Below are positions 58,854 through 64,000 of a stretch of 64,000 nt of DNA, one piece after another. The stretch is from Escherichia coli. GTDB lineage: Bacteria; Pseudomonadota; Gammaproteobacteria; Enterobacterales; Enterobacteriaceae. Both the position numbers and the translations under genes were made by a program. Location: assembly GCF_044324785.1 (NCBI RefSeq), contig NZ_CP172127.1. One strand, given 5' to 3'. Within the stretch, counting starts at the first letter, position 1. The number at the start of each line of letters is the position of its first letter. The notes beneath the pieces were generated by a model. It searched no databases. It was not told where the DNA came from and saw nothing but the letters and a program-made list of their open reading frames with translations.

Positions 58854-60677
58854 TCATCGAGGATCTGACTGGTTGTTTTTAGTATCATCACCACAAATGA
58901 TGGTTAATGCGTTGTAGATCAGTCTGCGTCTGTTCTTGTTTTCAGCATTATTTCCATACAACATCATGACGTTTTTAATATCATCAACCGGTGATATTAC
59001 ATAATCAACCAATACGCCAAGCTTCTCAATACATTGCAGTAAAGTATATTTGTGTCTGCCCGTAAATAATCCTATCAGGTTTTCTTTACTTTCACGACTG
59101 GATAATATTTTGTTCTCTGTAATTAATTCAGCCAACGTTTCACCATCGTAAACACGTTCTTTATCTATCAGAATATTTATCTTATCTAACGCCCTCTCTA
59201 CATTATCAAGAAGACCTGTAATATACGGAGGCTGAATATCTGACTTTGTACTAATATTTGCAAGCATCGAATTATACATTTTAATGACACGCATCAGAGT
59301 AAAATTATTCGCATCATATTGTATTTCATCTTCATTATACGCAGGATCCGTCACGACCCTTAAGTCCATAAATGCATCCTGATAAGCTTTTACATAATCA
59401 AGTAATTCGAACAGTGAACCATGCTTTATTTTCTCCCTGTTTAATTTGATCTCCAGCGCTATCCTGAGAACTGAAAAAGCGCCGGGAAGATACCCAGAAG
59501 GTAACTCGTATTTTGGGGATTCATCATAAAACCGAAGAGCTTTGTGGAGTTTGTTCCGCCGAATCAGATAAATAAGGACGGCCAGTAACATGTAGCACCT
59601 GGTCACATAACCACGGGCATTCTGCAACTGTTCAAAATAATTAATAATGTTTTCCAGATATACATCATCATAACTTTTCTTATCAGAAAGATTAAACACC
59701 ATATCTTTTAAAGATTCGATATATTCTTGTGATTTATCATCAAGTGACACAATATAACGAGTTAATGCTCCTTTGGGGCCACTCTCAAACTCATGAAACC
59801 GTTCAAGTAATGCTCTTGCATAAGGCGTTGTGTCAAAAATATTAAAATCATAAAGATAGCGTGCAGCGTAGCCATACAACCCATGTACCCAAAGCCCTTC
59901 TCTTATCAGCACTCTGAGATAATATGCAATACTGTCAAGTATCTTTACCTTCCGTTGCATATCAAGCAAAATACTTAATGAATAAAATGCATAATAGAAC
60001 TTGTCAATGTTGTTGAGTATTCTGTCCAGCTCACTCTTATCAAGCTTCTTCTCTCTGTAATCCTTCTTGTATTCATTCTTACAGGCCTTTATATATTGTT
60101 TCATAAGGCTCTTCCTTTTACCGTACCCTTTTCGAATAGTTCCCTGGTATTTTCCCAGCTCATACATTTTTCCGTTTTCCCGAAAATCTTCTCTGTTAAA
60201 TCCCAGTTCAGCAAGATACTCCCGGAGATAACGTTTAACGGCAGCCTCATCGCTTTCTGTACCAGAGTAATCCAGGCAGGGACAATATGATTTTTGCAAA
60301 AAATTATAGATATGATAATAAAACCCTGTTTCATTCTCCGGACGATATGTGTTATATATATCCAGCACAATAAAAACAACTCCAAAGCTTTTCAGAAAAT
60401 AGTTACGGATATATTCGGACTTTAATGTTGAATACACAGGGTAAGAATTCATCATGTAATAAAAATATTCATACCGGGAAAATATAATTCGCCGTTGTTC
60501 CAGACTATACACCCCTTCAGCATCAATAATTTGACTGAGCTCATTATAACGTTGATCCCAGAATCTTTGATGCGCTCCAAAATCAGTACTCTTCCGCTTA
60601 TCTCTCGGACTCTCTCCTTCCTTAAACAACTCAAAAACTGTACAAATATCATACAAAAGATTTGTAAACATGCGCAT
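58854..60677 (-). CDS. Hypothetical protein (607 aa), no recognisable domain; AT-rich orphan gene in a P4/CP4-57-like module
   Basis: Long uninterrupted ORF in a visibly AT-rich block; Lys/Tyr/Asn/Glu-rich; no P-loop or nuclease motif identified by eye; divergently arranged with alpA. Confidence 0.6.
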   Translation of the reverse strand: MRMFTNLLYDICTVFELFKEGESPRDKRKSTDFGAHQRFWDQRYNELSQIIDAEGVYSLEQRRIIFSRYEYFYYMMNSYPVYSTLKSEYIRNYFLKSFGVVFIVLDIYNTYRPENETGFYYHIYNFLQKSYCPCLDYSGTESDEAAVKRYLREYLAELGFNREDFRENGKMYELGKYQGTIRKGYGKRKSLMKQYIKACKNEYKKDYREKKLDKSELDRILNNIDKFYYAFYSLSILLDMQRKVKILDSIAYYLRVLIREGLWVHGLYGYAARYLYDFNIFDTTPYARALLERFHEFESGPKGALTRYIVSLDDKSQEYIESLKDMVFNLSDKKSYDDVYLENIINYFEQLQNARGYVTRCYMLLAVLIYLIRRNKLHKALRFYDESPKYELPSGYLPGAFSVLRIALEIKLNREKIKHGSLFELLDYVKAYQDAFMDLRVVTDPAYNEDEIQYDANNFTLMRVIKMYNSMLANISTKSDIQPPYITGLLDNVERALDKINILIDKERVYDGETLAELITENKILSSRESKENLIGLFTGRHKYTLLQCIEKLGVLVDYVISPVDDIKNVMMLYGNNAENKNRRRLIYNALTIICGDDTKNNQSDPR

Positions 60678-60765
60678 CTGCTCTGATCTCCGGTTGGTTT
60701 CCGTTTTATCACAGGGGACATTCTGGCCTTAACGTAGCAAATTAATGACATAGCCTTCAACTCAC

Positions 60766-61026
60766 ATGGAGAACAATATGTCAACCCAGACCGGACATTT
60801 TTATACCCCCTCACGCATCCTGCGTATGGCTGAACTTACCCGACTCCTTGGTATATCAAGATCGACCATCTACGAAAAAATGAATCCGGCATCAAAATAC
60901 TACGATGCCACCTTTCCCCGGCCTGTCCGGCTTGGGAGTTCGGCTGTAGGCTGGCGGGCATCTGCCATTGATGAGTGGTTAACTTTACATACAACACCAA
61001 CCAGATCCGTAACTAAGGATAAATAA
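60766..61026 (+). CDS. alpA: AlpA-family transcriptional regulator (prophage/island excisionase-like HTH)
   Basis: LRMAELTRLLGISRSTIYEKM...FPRPVRLGSSAVGWRASAIDEW is the AlpA signature; immediately upstream of the DUF3987-like gene. Confidence 0.7.
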   Translation: MENNMSTQTGHFYTPSRILRMAELTRLLGISRSTIYEKMNPASKYYDATFPRPVRLGSSAVGWRASAIDEWLTLHTTPTRSVTKDK

Positions 61027-61041
61027 GGAAAACTGTACGCC

Positions 61042-62607
61042 ATGACAAAATTATCCCCCCCTGAACTTGACATAACTAAACTGCCTGACAGGTGCCAGGC
61101 ATTACTTGATGAAATGCATGAAGAAACGGGAATAAGCCGTGAAATACTGCTGTCTGTTATGCTGACGGTCAAGGCTGTCTCGGTCCAGGATACGCATGAA
61201 GTTGAACTTTCTGGAGGGCAGCGTACCAGTCTTCAGATATATATGTGTCTTTCATCAGCATCAGGCAGTGGAAAAACCTCTGCCTGCGCAAAATTAATCG
61301 CCCCTGTTCATGAAACAGAAGAAGAACTACATCAGGCATATATCGACGATAAAAAAAACTATGATCGCATGATGGAAATGTGGACAACAGATAAAAAAAT
61401 CCTGGAGCGGAGATATAAAAAGGAAATGGAAAGATCCCCGGAAAATGCTGCTGCTGCACGAGCAGCGCTTGAAAAGTGTATAGCAAATAAACCCGTACCT
61501 CCCGTACAACAGGTTCTCATCGTGAATGACGCGACACCAGAAGGGATAGCTTTGAAACTCAGCCAGTCACCTTCTCTTCTGTTGCTGTCTGATGAAGGAG
61601 GAACTATTCTGGATAAGCGTTTCGAACGCAAATCGGCGCTGTACAACACATTATGGAGTGGGCAACCAGTCACCGTAGAACGGGCATCCAGACCCGGGTT
61701 CCGGGTAAAGGATTCCCGTCTCACTATGCTTATACTGACTCAACCGGTAATATTTGATAAGTTTTTTACTCTCACTGGCGACCAGATCCGGGGCAATGGC
61801 TTTCTGGCCCGGGTGCTATTTTGCGAACCCGGAGCAAATAAAATAATGACGACAGAACCGCATACTGCCACTCCTGTTGTAACGCAGCAATGTGCAACCT
61901 GTTTTCATGAGAAAAGTTTTGGCAGTCAGATCAGAGACTCTCTGAGAGCGTCCCGGGAAAGGCGTGCAAAAGGTGAGCAACGCATCCGCATGACATTATC
62001 ACACGCAGCATCCCACGATCTGGAAATCTTTCACGAAGAAAATATGAGTGCTGTCAGGCAGAACCCACGTATGACCACTTTCGAAGACATTATCGTCAGG
62101 AAAAGAGAACAGGCTGTTCGAATAGCCGCACTTCTGGAGCTGGAGAACAATCCACATGGTACAGTAATAACACGAGAAAGTATCAATAGTGCTATTTATC
62201 TCGTTGATTTTTATTTTCAGCATCTTATATCCAAACTGGAATCACTTCGGGAAATATCTCCTGCAGAAAAACTGGATAAATGGCTCAGAGAAAATATCAT
62301 CCGGGTAAAAGGATACGAATATCAAAAAAGCCATATACTACAATATGGTCCATATGCTCTCAGGAATAAATGTGTTCTTGATGAAGCACTTGATATACTT
62401 GCAGAACAGAAAAAAATCGTAATTGATTATTCAATCGGCCAAAAAATCATTTATATCGGTGACGCGATTACACCTTGTGAATTAGCAAATGAGGCAAACA
62501 TCCCGATAATGGAGCGTGGAATGTTTATAGTCTGTTGGGACCATAAGCTGAATAAGTACAGAAATGAAGAACAGACTAAAATATGGAACATAACTACAAA
62601 AAATTAA
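61042..62607 (+). CDS. DUF3987-like protein (YfjI-like), typical partner of alpA in P4/CP4-57-like elements
   Basis: 521 aa; operon position after alpA as in CP4-57 (alpA-yfjI), recalled from memory. Confidence 0.65.
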   Translation: MTKLSPPELDITKLPDRCQALLDEMHEETGISREILLSVMLTVKAVSVQDTHEVELSGGQRTSLQIYMCLSSASGSGKTSACAKLIAPVHETEEELHQAYIDDKKNYDRMMEMWTTDKKILERRYKKEMERSPENAAAARAALEKCIANKPVPPVQQVLIVNDATPEGIALKLSQSPSLLLLSDEGGTILDKRFERKSALYNTLWSGQPVTVERASRPGFRVKDSRLTMLILTQPVIFDKFFTLTGDQIRGNGFLARVLFCEPGANKIMTTEPHTATPVVTQQCATCFHEKSFGSQIRDSLRASRERRAKGEQRIRMTLSHAASHDLEIFHEENMSAVRQNPRMTTFEDIIVRKREQAVRIAALLELENNPHGTVITRESINSAIYLVDFYFQHLISKLESLREISPAEKLDKWLRENIIRVKGYEYQKSHILQYGPYALRNKCVLDEALDILAEQKKIVIDYSIGQKIIYIGDAITPCELANEANIPIMERGMFIVCWDHKLNKYRNEEQTKIWNITTKN

Positions 62608-62830
62608 AGTTCCCGTCTTTTATCATTCAGTTACCAACCTGAATATCTGAAACAATGCCAGACATCGGTTACAAACTGGCATTGTTTTTATCATTCAATT
62701 TATAAACTACAATATTACGTATTATTTTTACATTTATGTCATTGCAAATATCAGACAAACAAGCATTATAACTCAATAAGTATATTTTTCGTGATTACAG
62801 ACGACATCTGCAAATCTGTGAGATGTGATT

Positions 62831-63985
62831 TCATCGCTGGTTTTCCATAATCTGAGACATCACATAATCCGCCCATGCCTGCATCATCGGTATACGCTGA
62901 TCCAGCAGATCAGTCCGGTGATATGCCGCCTCAACCTTATTTTTCAGCGTATGGGCAAGCGCCCTTTCCGCCAAATCCCGCGAATATCCCTGTTCGCTAC
63001 ACCAGTCCCTGAATGTTGAACGAAAACCATGTGCTGTAGCCACTCGTCCGGGTATATCACTGATGGCCTTCTTTTTACGCAGAAAACTCGTCAACACCAT
63101 ATCTGAAAGGATCTGCTGCTTTCTGGGAGAAGGAAACACCAGTTCGTCATGCAGACCACGTATATTTTCCAGAACGTGAATGGCCTGTCGGGATAAAGGA
63201 ACACGATGCTGTATCCTGGCTTTCATTCTTTCTGCGGGTATCGTCCATATCCGCTTATGAAAATCAATTTCAGCCCAGCGCATTCCCCTTGCTTCGCCCG
63301 AGCGGGTTGCTGTCAGTATCACCATTAATAACAGTGCCCGGGTAACATTATAAGGTTCATCTGTATACACACTGGTCGCCACAAAAAGCGGTAACTGCCT
63401 CCAGGGCATTGCCGGCTGGTGTTCATCACGTCCTCTTGATTGCTGTGGAAGCAAATGATCAACCACATCAACAGGATTCGCCACACAAAAACCATGCGCC
63501 CAGCCCCACTGCATAACAACATGAATGCGCTGTTTAACCCGGCTTGCCGTTTCTGACAAGGTTAACCAGACTGGACGCAGTGTTTCTGCCACGTCCGCAG
63601 CCGTAATCGAATCCAGCGTTTTTGCTCCCAGTTGAGGAAACGCGTAATTCTCAAGCGTCGATAACCACTGCCTTACATGCTTTGGATTTTCCCATCCAGG
63701 AGACAGTTCTGCATGTACACGCCTGGCTGCATCGGCAAATGTTGGGATAACAACTTTTTCAGCTTCAGCCTTTTTAATCTCCAGAGGATCATCACCTGCA
63801 GCAAGTTGCTCTCGCATTATCCGGGCAGTACGTGCAGCTTCAGCAATACTGACCTCAGGATAAGTTCCCAATCCAGCATTACGCCTTTTTTGTGTCACCG
63901 GACTTACATAACGAAAAACCCATTTACCCCTCCCCTTTACTGAAGAAGGATGAAGAGTCAGTCCTGTAATTCCCCCATGGGGCAA
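62831..63985 (-). CDS. int: Tyrosine recombinase / P4-type integrase (N-terminus may extend beyond the window)
   Basis: N-terminal arm-binding region (GGITGLTLHPSSVKGRGKWVFRY), AYPEVS-like motif (GTYPEVS) and C-terminal catalytic region (HGFRSTFRDW ... AYHRTDLLDQR). The ORF-track start is a TTG and the frame is still open at position 64000. Confidence 0.85.
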   Translation of the reverse strand: MPHGGITGLTLHPSSVKGRGKWVFRYVSPVTQKRRNAGLGTYPEVSIAEAARTARIMREQLAAGDDPLEIKKAEAEKVVIPTFADAARRVHAELSPGWENPKHVRQWLSTLENYAFPQLGAKTLDSITAADVAETLRPVWLTLSETASRVKQRIHVVMQWGWAHGFCVANPVDVVDHLLPQQSRGRDEHQPAMPWRQLPLFVATSVYTDEPYNVTRALLLMVILTATRSGEARGMRWAEIDFHKRIWTIPAERMKARIQHRVPLSRQAIHVLENIRGLHDELVFPSPRKQQILSDMVLTSFLRKKKAISDIPGRVATAHGFRSTFRDWCSEQGYSRDLAERALAHTLKNKVEAAYHRTDLLDQRIPMMQAWADYVMSQIMENQR

Positions 63986-64000
63986 TGGTTTGTCATCAGG

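Overview
This is an enterobacterial (E. coli-like) chromosomal window with a conserved backbone in K-12-like order, read here in reverse: ycaM, ycaD, ycaC, dmsCBA, serS, rarA, lolA, ftsK, lrp, trxB, cydDC, aat, infA and tRNA-Ser (serW). All calls rest on reading the supplied six-frame translations and the DNA by eye; no searches were run, and family names and reference lengths are from memory. Three accessory regions interrupt the backbone. (1) At 1-7247, an AT-rich block left of ycaM encodes a membrane EAL phosphodiesterase, a membrane GGDEF cyclase, a BcsA-like synthase with a PilZ domain and the start of a secreted protein; this is a candidate c-di-GMP-controlled exopolysaccharide module. 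(2) At 18667-20098, an IS150-like element sits between lolA and ftsK with a TACC target duplication. (3) From 31578 to the window end, a composite island lies 3' of serW. It carries a CP4-44-like module (CbtA/CbeA, RadC-like, antirestriction, Ag43 with its GATC switch, YeeP-like GTPase), a truncated orphan hsdM, IS903, a Klebsiella-type D-galactan I O-polysaccharide cluster (wzm-wzt-wbbM-glf-wbbN-wbbO plus one more glycosyltransferase) with an ops element in its leader, nested IS remnants, a truncated primase-like gene, and a P4/CP4-57-like module ending in an integrase. The strongest candidates for something undescribed are the c-di-GMP module, the 607-aa orphan gene in an AT-rich block beside alpA, and the 227-aa gene inserted between yeeT and cbeA.
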